Origin: Raillietiella orientalis
Taxonomy: Eukaryota
Length of the DNA: 64,000 nt
Assembly (NCBI GenBank): GCA_036172245.1
Contig: JAYWIR010000009.1
Coordinates: 4,030,001 to 4,094,000 of the forward strand
Direction: 5' to 3'
A program made the translations under genes and the position numbers. Position 1 is the stretch's first letter. Every line of letters begins with the position of its first letter. The notes under the pieces were generated by a model that was not told the origin of the DNA, searched no databases, and saw only the letters and a program-made list of their open reading frames with translations. Shown one piece after another: positions 35,070 to 47,100 of the stretch.

Positions 35070-37440
35070 CCCTCCCCGAGGAAGCCTGTCGAAGCCTCGC
35101 TCTGGCATTCCCGGACGGCCTCTACTACCACGGGACCAGGGAGATTCAGGACGAGAGCAACCCTTTCCCTGAGTGTGAGGGAACAACCAAACCCCGGAAT
35201 CTGGGAAGAAGCCCTGGTTTCCTGGGGTGATGTCCGGAGTGAGATAGTCGCCCTTCCTCCTTCCCCCCTGCCCGCTACCTGCCGCCTCGTCCCGGGCCAA
35301 CGACCTCCAGATGCCGGCAGCTGCTTCGCTGCGGCGCACTCCCGGGAGGGAGGCAGCAGTGGCGCGGTCACCTCGTAGCCCCAAAGAAGTCCGGAGGAGA
35401 ATCCCAGCCTCCAGCGTCCTTCCCGAATGGAATCCCCCCGGGGAGCGACCCTATCTCAAGGAGCCTCTGAGCGTTCAAGAGATCGAGAGGAGGTCTGGCT
35501 GGGAGGAACGTCCGGCGCTCGCCGAAGAGCCTTCCGTCTGGCACCACACCCGTGTCTTCGGGACTCAGCGGTCTCATCTGAGGGATTTTTCGGTAGCAAG
35601 CGGTTGAGGAGGAGCTGCAGAGGGGAAGCAGCACCGGCTTCTCCGACGAAACCCTCGGGGTGAACGGACGCGCGACCCCCGTTTCCGAGCTCCCGGAGGC
35701 ACCCGCTCGCTCCCCACTCCCCGCGGAGGAGTTACGTATTCAGGAAGGAAGGGAGAAGGAGATGGGGGGGGGGGGGGGTGGAAGGGATCCGTTCGAGCCA
35801 TCCAGCAGGCGGGCTGGCGGGTGGCGCCTCCTTCGCCGCCGATGGCTCTCCGGCGCTAGTCGGATCCAAGGGACCACTGGTCCATCCAAGGGGGCGGTGA
35901 TTTCGTCAGAGGAAGAAACGGGAAGCAAGGGGACGAGGGAGAGGTGGAGGGAAAGGGGCAGGGGGAAAAGGAACAGAACGGCGCCTTCTGGATCTCCCCT
36001 TCGCGTGGGGAAGTGGGTGGAGAGGGGGCAGTTAACACAGAGCGGGGAGCTCTCGAAGGGCGGAGGACGCGGTCGAAGGGTTCCGGACAGGAAAAGCTCA
36101 CCGTTGTCTCCGGGTGCTGCTCTCCAGGGCGAGGCAGGCCGAATGTGGGGACGTGGAAGCTCCTTCCCCTCCCCCCTCACTCTCCGAATCCCCCTCTTGG
36201 AGTCGCTGATGCGGATCGAGGCGCTCGCCGAGAGCCAAGGACGAAGGGGACCGTCGGGAGTTTTCGCCGCGGGCCGCTGCTTTCGCTGAGGGCGTCTCAG
36301 AGGAAAGGGGCGGCCACAACAATCCAAAAGGGGGTAGGGACTCGTGGGACGGGTGGCGGTGCAGTGCCGAAATCTGGAGCGCGCTCCTCCGCAACCCCCG
36401 GCCGCCCGCGACTGCCCCCGCTGCGAGAGGCTCTCGCGCGAGACGATCGGGCAGGAGAACGCCCATGGAAACCGCGTCCTCGGTCCCCGGCGGGAATGCG
36501 GCTTGGCGTCCGCCGGTACCGCAACCAGCGGTCCCTCTTCCTGCAGGCGCCTTTTCAGGTACCTCCACTTCCCTAGTCGAGGTCTTCGCGGAGAACTCCT
36601 TGGGGGTGGGGGTGGGGTCTCCGGTCCCACGCTTTCCCCACTCGGTCCAGGACCCCTCGGGCCAGTGACGTGGGTGGCCGCGCGTCCGAAGACCTGGAGC
36701 AGCGGATGTGCCGAACGGCGCGTTCCGGAGATTTTCCGGCGCCCGATGGGTCGGGGCCTTTCCGAACTCTTCGCGTGGACATGCCTTCGTTGGGTTGCCC
36801 TGCCAACGGCATCCGCACCCGGTGGCTCCGAACGGTGTTACGAAGCTCCCTCGGCGAGGTTTCCGGCTGCCTGATGGAGCAATCCGAGATGCGACGGCAG
36901 CGCGGGGGTGGGAAGTGGGGTCGCGTATTGATGGAAACCGACTCCCTCCTGCAACCCTCTCCGAGCTCTCAGCCCTCGACGAGGCGAGCCGGGATGTGGG
37001 GATGTCGGAACTCCTCCCTCCCCCCTCCCCGCATTCCAGAGTTCGGAGAGGGTTGCAGGAGGAAATCAGCTTCCATCGATACGCGACCCCACTTCCCACC
37101 CCCGCGCTGCCGGCGCATCTCTGACTGCTCCGTCAGGCAGCCGGCAATCTCGCCCAGGGAGCTTCGGAACTTCCCTCACGGGGAGCGGACCAACTCGAGG
37201 GGAAAATCCTCGCCGGCGTCCTCTGACCTTCCCGCTGGTGGCATTCGGGTGAGGGAAGGGGCGGGGATCCTTCCGTCCGGGGACTGAGCTGCTGCAACAC
37301 TTCAGAGTCCGCGGGCGCTGCCATAGTCCTTGTAGAAAGCACCATAGGGTCCGCTCCCTCCCCCCTCTTCCTTACCAACTCTCAGCCATTCGGGGCAACT
37401 GACAAATTCTGAATTTCCGGGTGCATTAGGGGGGAAAGGG
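35070..37440 (-). mobile_element. Degenerate L1/Tx1-like LINE fossil
   Basis: FPPNAPGNSEF (~37420, YAPN..EF), VASRIA (~36885, SRID), CRWQGN (~36800, WK.N), RPPLDLLNAQRLL (~35480, RPISLLN.D.KLL), ITPGNQGFFPD (~35215, Q.GF.PG), ERGFDRL (~35090, EKAFDRV), in the expected order. Confidence 0.5.
36837..37170. repeat. Imperfect ~133-bp inverted repeat with ~68-nt loop
   Basis: 36837-36969 against 37038-37170: reverse complementary with scattered substitutions. Confidence 0.92.
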
Positions 37441-38189
37441 AGGTGGGGAGGATGAGAGGGGAACGGGGTTTTGGAGGGAAGTGGTGGGACATCCTTCCGA
37501 GACGCGAAGCAGACCGGGAGCGCTGGTGTGGACGCTGCCTTGGGGGGAGGGGAGGGAGTGGAAAGGAGGAAAGGCGAGCGGCGTTTGGTCCAGCGGAAAT
37601 CGGCTCCGAGGCTCTGCTCCCGAATCCCTCGTCTCCCATCCGTAGCCGATTCCCGGGGACTAATCCGGCACGCCGGAGATCTGGCTGGAAGCGCGCTCGG
37701 AGGATTACCCATTGTTGCTCCGAGATGGACCCCGTGACTCCGGTTTGTGATGGAAATGAGCGGGACATTCGTATGGAGATGCGGCCCGAGCCCCCTTTTG
37801 TTTCCCCGAAGGTCCGTCCATTGTGCGGGCGCGCGCGCGGAGGTCCGCCCAATGAGCGCCGCGCCCCGACGTCGCGGCGGCGGCGGCGGTGGCGGCGGCA
37901 GGAGCACCGGGATCCGAGCGGGGCATTCCCTTTCCATCTCGAGGAGTCGGCGCCCGGGTGCTCCGTCGGCGCGCAATGCTTTCGCCTGAGCCCCTTGGGG
38001 AGCGGCCTGGCGATCGCTTTCTTCGGCTGGCTCCCCGGCTTCTTCCTCCTCGGTTTCGTGCCACCTCCTCCCCCCCTCCCTCTCCCCTCCCCTCCCTCCC
38101 GCCGTGCGTTCTCCCCGCGGACCTCCGCGTGTCCGTCTTCCCGAAACGTTCCGCTCCCAGATTTTTTTTTCTCCGGAGGCTGGCACCTG

Positions 38190-38870
38190 GCCCTCCGGAC
38201 CCCAATCTTTGGAGTGCTCGTTTGCTCAAGATTGTGACCGACGATTTCGTAATTGGTTTCCTTGCTTGCGTTGCCACGATACCCCCAAACTGCGACAATC
38301 AAGCAATTAGGAGGGGCAGACGTGTCTTGCGCGGCGCTTCTCATTGCTTCCTGAATATTCAACAAACCATTTGTACGGACGACGTCAACTACTCCCAGTG
38401 CAACTCCGTTCTGTCTTCCCTGGGTCGACAACTGACGTCTCATTAGGGCGTTTCCCTAGGAGCGAAGGTGGGAATCCCCAGAAAGCCACTTTTCAAAGGG
38501 AAGATCGTCATTTTCGCGAGGCCGACCGCTTGTCATTAACCTTTCACTTCAGAGGCTCCAAGGTCCCTCGTTTGCCCAACTTCCTACCGATGGCCCAATC
38601 TTTCTTCCTTTATTTTTTTTATTTCCAAATTTTTTTCTCCTCCCTTTCTTCCAGGCACGAATTCCAAAATCAGGAAGCTGCGATTTCTCTCAGGGAGCCC
38701 AGTGATCCCGGATGGCCCCATTTGCGCGGCAATCACGGCAGGGATGATGTCTTCCTCTCCGCATGCCTCAAGAACACGGCCCTATTCTCTCTGCGCCGCC
38801 ACGCCTTGGCCGTGCAGCTTCCTTTCCTACACCATGACGACGAGAGGTTCTTCCCGTTGACTTCGAAGTG
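38190..38870 (-). mobile_element. Fossil RTE-like APE endonuclease fragment
   Basis: GRQNGVALGV...CLIVAVWGY...NYEIVGHNLEQTSTPK resembles the RTE pattern RRNGVALIV...TIIQVYAPT...E.FY..L...TPK. Confidence 0.4.
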
Positions 38871-41859
38871 CTCATCTTTTTTCTTTTTTTCTTCTTCTTC
38901 TGCCCCTCCCCCCCTTCCCTCGTTTACCTTGCCTGGCAACGAACTCTGGACGGAACAGATCCTTCCCGTCTCATCTGTCACTCTCACTTTTCTTGCATCT
39001 TTATCAAAACAACCTGCACTCTTCTTTCATCCCCCCAGAACGTCTGCTTTCTTCGTCTGAATACTCGACACGCTCTGCACTTGCTGCTGGAAGTCATCCA
39101 TTTAAATACCTGAAGAGCAAATTTCTGTTTTTCAACGAGTTGGCATTCTTTGTGCTTACAACAAAAGGATCCTTTGTATTGATTCTGTCGACATCTTGAT
39201 GACGCTGTGCCTCTCGGAAGAATACTTTTTCACGTTTCGTCAAAAGTTTCCACGTTTTTTTTTTTTTTTTCTCTCTCTCTCTCTTTTCTTTTCTTTCTTT
39301 CCTTTTTTTTTTTTTGTTTTTGTTTGCTTCGGACGACTGCGCAATCTTTTGAGATGCAACTAGAACGCTGCATGCCATTATAGAGAATTGGAACGCTTAT
39401 TAAATTCTTTTTCAGCATGCGAAAATGAGAAAATCAACCTCGCTAATCTGGCATGAGTGTTTGCTTTTGTTGCCAATGTTTTTTTTCCCCGGTAGTCATG
39501 GAGACGGCGGGGGATTTATCGTAGTGTCAAAAGCTTACATGTAAGCTGCACTGCGTTCGGTTGCCTGAGTGGAAATTCCATCCGCTTGAAAAAAAAAAAA
39601 AAAAAAGAGGAAAAAAGAAAAGAAAAGAAAACCCCCTCTAATTTGGAGTTTTTTGCCTACTTGCTAAAGTGAACACCGTCTTGTGAGAAAGAAGAAGAAG
39701 AGGAAGGAAAAAATGGCGTCCAGCGTTTCTTTCCGTGGCGCACGTAATTCTTATTGCGTGTCAAAGCCAAGGGAAAATGAGAATATTCCTTGCGGAGGTC
39801 TCTCTGTCCAGATGCACTATGAATGTTTGAGGTGGATTCGTCGTCATCTCGCTGATTTGCATAACCGCTTTTTCAATTCTTCTCGATCGCTGGTCTCAAC
39901 GTCACCTAAAATAAACATGTCGGCGTTTTCGCCACTCGGAGCGCCCGCCGGCTTATAAACTCATCCCCATTCCGGGCCGTTCGGGCGCCCATATCCCAGT
40001 CCGAGAAGTGGCGCGTCACTATTCTCCTTCTTCACAGTTTCCGAAATTGAGGGCAACAAGGATATCTGATGCACGATCGAGATCCGTCCCGTATAATCGA
40101 GTCGCAGAGAAGAAGAAGAAGAAGGAGGAGGAGGAGGAGGAGGAGGAAAAAAAAAAAAAAAAAAATGGAAACGATGCACAAGGAGCAGCCATCGCGTACG
40201 ATCGACTTGCCATCTCCCCTGCACGAGAAGTGGATGCCGCCCTACGGATTTCGGATGTTACACACGCGCGTGTTGTCAGGACTACCGGCTTTCGCGTCCC
40301 CGAACCGTTGCCATGCCGATGGATGCTTTGTTTTGTTTTGTTTTGTTTTTCCTTTCTTCCTCTCTCCTCCGGAAGCGCCGGATTCGAAAATGAATTTGCT
40401 ACACCTCCGTGGCTGGATGCGGAGCTCGGCGCTTTCGGCTCCAGCGTCCAGAACTCAAGCAAAGACGCAGCAGCGGGAGCCGGCCGGCTGCGTGGATCGG
40501 AAGAGCTTGCCCGCGCAGCAAAGTCTTTCCAGGGTCCAAAGTCTTTCCAGCCCCCCCCCCCTCCCGGCATTCGATATCCCCCTTCCGCGCGGAAGCCTTA
40601 ATCTGGACGGTCGTCCGTGGCCTTTCCGAGGACATGGAGGACACTGGTCCTACGCGTTCGCCTTTCGAAGCAAGTCGCTCTCCCCCAGAGCCAGCCGCGC
40701 TTTCCTCCCTGACCTTACATCGTTTCAGCACGTGCGCCTACCGCGGACCGTCACTCTGCCGACGCGCGTTGCCACGACGTCCAGCGGCTCCAGGCTCTCC
40801 GCGCAGGTCAGGAATGTCGTTAGCGGCGGTGCCACACTTGGAAATTTCGCCATCCGAGCCGCCGCCCAGCTCTCCGTCCCAAAGCTGGGGGACGACACCG
40901 CCGATTCCCCGCATCACCCGATGAACGCCGAGTCCGTGATCGGCCGTGAGCGGTTCACGCGGAGACCTAGGAAGCTGGTTCCCTTGGAGCCCGGGGCCCG
41001 CGAAGAGCAACATCCTCGTCTCTCAAAGAAAGAGGAAAGCTGCTTTCCCGCTCCCGTCTCGCACAGGTAACCACGTAACCATGATAATGGAAGAAGGTTG
41101 GTTGTCGCTGTGACGTGTGCTCCTCCGCAGTGCCGGCGTTCGTGAAGCGGTCCTGCTTTCACGTTGGATCAAGCGGAATCCTTGCCTCCTCGTGCTGCTG
41201 ACTCCTGGAGAAAGAGATTTATAGGATTCAGCCTTGCACGAGGAAATTCCAAGAAACTTATCTTATGGAAACTTTTATGCTTAGCATAATGATGGCTGCG
41301 ATGATCTTTCAGAACTTCCAGTGTGATGGTAAATCGAACCCACATGAACCTCCTTCCTCATCATTTACTTGGACAGTGCATGCACGTGCATTTATTTCAG
41401 TGTAAGAAGTGCTGTCGTCATCCCCCTTCTTCTTCCTCTATCTTTCGTGATGAGAACGCGACGGAAATGGAGGAATGCGCGAAAACCCCACGTGCACATC
41501 CAAACTTTAGAGATCGTGCCAGGGACGCGAATCAACCAGAAGTGACCAGGACAAAAAATGAAAAAAAAAAAAAAAAAAACAGCACAACGCGCGAAATAAA
41601 ACGACACGCACCTCGTCCGATTAGCTGCCGCTGCACCCACGGAGCTCAAGCTGAGAACCAACAGGGATATTTTCATTTACGAGTTCGAGTTGCTTTAGAG
41701 TGTGTGCCTCGAATTTCGAGCGAATGTTGTTCTCGTGTCCCGCTTTGGACATCGTGATTTCATAAAGAGCTCCGCTCTTTTCTGTGTACTCTTGCTTTCA
41801 TCTACAAATCCATTTATTAAGGTCTTATGTCAGATTCATTGACCATTCAGGTCGCAAGC

Positions 41860-42310
41860 ACAATACGTCTGGCGATAATCCCAGTATTAAAACAACTGTA
41901 GACCAGTTGCTGGAATATATTGGAAAGGTTTTTGAAAGAAGCTTTCCGGCTACCGACAGAAAATGTGATAATCTAATTGTCAAGCTATTTCCAGCGACTT
42001 GGACTGAAACCATTGTGATCAGGAATAGATAAATACATATGACTGAAAATGCAATTCCCCAGTTATCTCGCAGCCAAAATAAATGAATCTCTAATGGCTG
42101 ACAATCTGCTTTCTTCATCTATGCATGCACGTGAGTGCGTATAATACAATGTATATTATTATATATGAACATTACGTGTTTCAACACAGAATCGCGTGTA
42201 TAAATATGATGCACATTATGTATGATATAATATATAAAATACGTGCGTGTGTGTATGTAAATACCGGACCAATGGCAGCCCTGCATCTTTCTCAGGATAA
42301 GGAAACACAC
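41860..42310. promoter_or_regulatory. AT-rich island with GATA sites
   Basis: TGATAA 41966, AGATAA 42027, TTATCT 42063, plus CGATAA and GGATAA; followed by TA-rich low-complexity sequence. Confidence 0.35.
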
Positions 42311-42329
42311 CTACGGTTCGTAAGTAAAG

Positions 42330-42660
42330 ATGCCAATGCTGCCACGTGTTTTTTGTGCTTTCCAGACGCGCCAATGCAAGCGCGCTGCTGCAGATGCAAA
42401 GAACGCACGGATGCTCCCGAACGGTTTGTGAATCTTCGTACACCTTGCCAAAGAAGCCTTGATGGACTTCAAGCGTGCTTGCACCTCTGCGTGCACGTGC
42501 ATTGGTGTGGGTTTGGTGTAAGTCTGTGTACGCAGTGCATCCGATGCCTGGTTTCCTTCTGCCGTTCGGTCCGTTCTCTGTGCCTTTTCGATGTTTTTCC
42601 TTCCTCGCGAGGAGGCTGGCAAGGAAAACTGGAAACCACGCCAGAAGAACGCAGGCCTTC
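42330..42660 (-). mobile_element. Possible RTE post-RT fragment
   Basis: VHAEVQARLKSIKASLARC resembles IDAEV..RI.KA..AF; the following CSSALALARLES resembles V.S.LLYG.ESW. Confidence 0.3.
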
Positions 42661-42837
42661 ATCCATTTTAAATATCACCGAATTACGCATTTAAATGTTG
42701 CCGATAAATCAAGGTCCTCGATATTCCGCATTTGCCGAACGGTCCGCCGACCAATGCTGTTACGCTTCGGCAGCCTCGGCTCTCTGTTTTTTCGCCATTT
42801 TTAATGAGCGGATCGTTTTCCGGCATTTTTATACTCC

Positions 42838-42858
42838 GTGTGTGTGTGTGTGTGTGTG
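42838..42858. repeat. (GT)n microsatellite
   Basis: Read directly from the sequence. Confidence 0.9.
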
Positions 42859-43139
42859 CATTCATTTGCGTTACTTCGAGGGAATACGAATCACGCCTCC
42901 GTGAGATGCAAAATTGATATTCATTCCTCCTCCTCCCCCTCCCTCCTCCTCCTCCCGACGCGGAAAAAAAAAAAAAAAAAACCTGCTCGACTCCGCCTCC
43001 TGTTTGACCATCGACGTTTATTTACTGTTTTTATTTGAGTTTCCACCCGATTCTGCTACACACAAACGCGCAAACACACACTCCGCGCACGCACGCACAC
43101 TCCCGAAAAGAAAAAAAAAAAAAAAAAAAGAAGCAAAAC

Positions 43140-43790
43140 AAAAAGACAAACGAGATAAAGTGGAGAAAAAAAAAAAAAAAATCGACTCTGCTTGGCCGGC
43201 TGGTCCTCAGCTTCCGAAACGCTGAAATCTGACGTACTCGATAAGATCGCTTCCCATGTGTAAGAAGACATATTGATATCGATCTGTGTAAGAACCGAAC
43301 GGATTTCTTAAGAACACACACACATATCGGGACGAATAAACAGGGAGGAAACACTTTTACCAAAATCGAATCATCTTAAGCGGCTGCAAATCTGATAAGA
43401 TTTTCCGGTTGAATGCTTTTATCTGCAGCCTGATCTGTTGCCATTGCCTGAGCGAGAAGCAAAGCGCGGCGGAGGAACACACCGAAATGAGATAAGGGAA
43501 AAAGTTTTCTCAGATCACGCGCGGATAACCAATTAAAGGAATATATAGAATTACGCAACGACTTTTCTGCGACGAGGAGCGTCCGAAGGAGCCGCCAGCC
43601 ACTTCGGCTCCCTCTTCCCTGCCAGGCGGGGGGCGCGCCTCCGTGCCCTCCCCCACTCCCCTCCCCCCCACCCTTCCTTCCCTGTTTCCGCGGTACCCGG
43701 GAAGGAGAGATGGCCGGACCGTACAATAAATATCTTCGCCGAAATATGGAATATCTCACCCATTATCTTCATTTATGGGACGTTCGGAGG
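43140..43790. promoter_or_regulatory. AT-rich island with clustered GATA sites (candidate enhancer)
   Basis: WGATAR at 43153, 43393, 43419(-), 43490, 43763(-), plus CGATAA, GGATAA and GATATC variants. Confidence 0.5.
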
Positions 43791-44067
43791 AGGAACCCGA
43801 AAGAAACGGAACTCCATGATTCGCCGATTTGCGTGAAGGGGAAAACAAACAGATGTTAATAAGGAGGAGGGCTGCAGCCACGGCGAAACGAAAGTAGCTT
43901 TTCGTTACCGTCGACTCATTCCGGTTTCCGAAACAGAAGTTGACAGCGAACGGGGGATTTTTTTTTTTTTATTTTTTTCCTTTCCCGAGTTTTGGCATTC
44001 CTGCGGAACGTTTCCAGAAGAAGGTGCGCCGGGCTTCGCCGCGCGCAGCCGGGGAAGCCAAAGTAAA

Positions 44068-44118
44068 GCAGCAGCAGCAGAAGCAGCAGCAACAACAACA
44101 ACAAGAACAACAACAACA
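44068..44118. repeat. Compound (CAG)n/(CAA)n repeat, apparently non-coding
   Basis: Read directly; no exon context found. Confidence 0.85.
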
Positions 44119-47100
44119 GGGCTTTCCGCGTGTGCAAATGGAAACGTTGTCCGCGGCTGTACAGCGAGGACGTTTCCATCCTCGCATGCGCGAATCCATT
44201 AAATTTTTCCACTTTCTTCCGTTTGACAGAGCGGTAGATTGATTACCGTACACTCTGCTGTGTGGCTATTGGTTTGATTAATGACGTGTTTTTTTGCATT
44301 CTTCTCCACTTAGTGTCTGATAGCACTTGAGGACTCGATTGGGTCCAATAAATGGAAGTAGCGGTTCGTTCATTATTGGGATTTCATTAATTGCAATTTA
44401 TTAGTGGGGCGTTCGATACCTCGTGGCTAAGCGGACGCAAACATTCCGCGTCGACCTCCCTGCCGACCAATCAGCGTCGGGATGGAACGACCTTTGCGCT
44501 CACGGTTAACTGGCGAACGGTCCTTGGATACGCAAGGCCGACCCTCGACCCGTGCGAGGAGGCAGGGGGTGCGGCACCGAGTTGGTGCCGGGAGCGCCGG
44601 GAGCTGCGCGCCATGCCTCGGACCTGCTCCCGGCGGAGGTGGCGTGCTGGCGCTCAGCCGACGCCCGCGCTCGCGCCGGGCGGGTGCGCGCGCGCGCCTC
44701 CGCGTACACTACCGGCAGCGTTCTACCCGACCTCCGAGACCCGCTCGGAGGAACACCCGCCCGAAGCGCGCGGCACGCATAGATCACTTCTTTCTTTCCT
44801 CTTTTTTTTTTTTTTTTTTTTTTTGCGTGTGTGCGCGCCTTCTTTTCTCTTCCTTTCTAGCTGCCGGAGGAGGTCAGCGCTTGGCTCGCCGTGCTCGAGT
44901 GCGAGCGGGGGACAAGCGCAGGTGGTCGACCGCATATGGGGCGCGCGCGAGAGAGGGGTTTACCTGCCATCGCCGCTGGCGCAGGGTCGTGACCCCATCA
45001 CGCGGCCGCGTGCGTGAGCCCGCTCGCGATGGAGACGCGTCCCGCCGGCTTCCTCGGGATCGCCCGGGAGACGACGCGACGAGCGGCAGCCAAGAGAAGC
45101 GCTCGCAAGAGAGATGGGGTGGTCCCCCTGGCGCAGCATCTCTTTTCAAGGATCGGCACCTTGGCTTGTTTCCTCCCTGCGTCTTCCCTACTCAGGCTCG
45201 CGGGAGGAGCTGCTGCGCCGTCGTCATCGGCGGCGCTCCCCTTCCAGCTGCACGTGCCGGCGGTCCTGCGCGCCTCGGGCACGCGACGACAGAACACGTT
45301 GCAGGGGGGGGGGGGGCATCCCCAGAGAAGGATGCCTCCGAACGCAAGCTGTCATGGTAGCGCAGCAGCGTTTCATCCGTGCGCGGGGAGAACACGTCCC
45401 CGCCTCCGTATCCGCTGGACCGCCGTGCTTTAAACGAGAAGACATGAGTGAGATTCCTTTTAGGGGGAACGACTGCGGCAGCCGTGGGGCCTCGTGGCAC
45501 CCTCTGGAAAAAATGGGGTGGGGCTGGGGGGGAAAGACCTCACCGCTTTCAAAGCAACCTACTGGGTTTCCAAGGCATCGAAGTTCCCCCCCCCCCTCCC
45601 TCCCCCCTTTCCTTTCACGTGTAACCGCTGACGTCGCTGATCCGCAGGTAGAAACCAAAGGCACCACGCAGCAGTAGAGCGCTTGCAGGTCACATCAGCC
45701 GATCCCAGGGGGTTTCTCAGTCTGATGCTCGTCCTGAGGGCTGCGAGCGCCCCTGTCAAGGAGCGTCTGCCTGCGCCACGAGTCAGCGGCCCCTCCCTGC
45801 TTTCTTCTCCTTCCACTTCTCCTCCTGCTTTCGTCATGCAGTCTCTCCTGCCCGGAGCGGAGCAAGAGAGGCAGGGCGCGCGCGGGCTCAGCGCCGGCCG
45901 GGAGGAAAAGAAGCTCCTTCGCTTGTCCCCCCTTCCCTCCCACTCCCGTAGGAAGCCGCAAATGAAAAACGAATGAAAAGCGGGAAAGCACAAGGAGGCA
46001 AGGGGAGAGAAAGGGAGCTTGGAGCAAGAAACCCTGCTCTCCGCCTCGGATGCTGGAGGGAGCGGCGCGCGCGCAGCGGCGTCGGGGACGGCCGCCGCCA
46101 GGCTGCAGTCGGGTCCCGGCTCGGCTGCTGCGTCGGAACGCTCCTGACGTACCGCGCGCGCATTCCCACGCAACCGTGGCTGCCGCTCGGGGATTCGATG
46201 ACGCCGCCCTCGCGCAGCAGTTGCCGCCTGTTCCCGCTCCTCGCCGGCGCGGGTTCTCCAATAACAGTGCCTGCAGAGGTACATGGAAGAGCGTAAACAG
46301 GCTGGCGGCCAATCACGAGTAGCCGGGAAGGGATGAATAATTGGGACGGAGGAGAGGAGGCCCTAATTAAGCGTCTGCGCACCTCGGAGTGATCTCCCGG
46401 CCGAGCGAACGCTCTTGCGAGATTCTGCGCACAGGTTGGGGGTGTGTGTGTGCGGTCGGGCTCGCTCTCGCGTGTTGCGGAGACGCGCCCGCGAATTTCG
46501 GGCGCGGCGAGCGAGTTTGCGTCGGAGTCTGCTCCTCTGCACCCTGGCGTCTCCCGCCAGGGAAAGCGGCGCACGTCTTCCGCTTCCCACGGTGTGCTCG
46601 AAGAGGCCGTCCGGAAACGCGGCGGCGGCGGCAAGTTGACGACGCACCATCGAGGAGGAATCGCCGGAGGACGGCCGGAGACGCCGTCGCCGTGGTACAG
46701 AGATTGATCTCCGCTGCCCTCTGCTGCACTCCGCGCGCGGCTCGAGAGCACCCGGCCGGGTGCGCGCGCCAGTCAACCCGCGGCAAAGCGCCCTGCGAGG
46801 CACTCCCTTCCGCCCCCCCTTTCCCGCCGGAATTCTCCTTCGGGAGTCGGTTGCCGCGGGCAACCCTCGGGAAGAGGCCGATCTCTTGGAGAGGATGAAG
46901 ACCCTGACCACTGACGCGAGATCCACGCGACCGTGAGAAGAGCCTTGGTGGCCTCGGAAAGCTCCCAGAAGAGGAGTGGTCGGGTCCCCAGTCTTTGCCT
47001 TGCGGAAGGAACGCGCGCCTCCGGGACGCAAACGCTCCAGGAGGAGGAGGAGGAGGAGGAAGAAGAACTCCCAAGCAGCCCGTGCTGCCCCGCGGTCAGG

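Noticed and set aside
43940..44242. Poly-Gln ORF as a transcription-factor exon
   Set aside because: Simple CAG/CAA repeat with no supporting domain or joinable exons.
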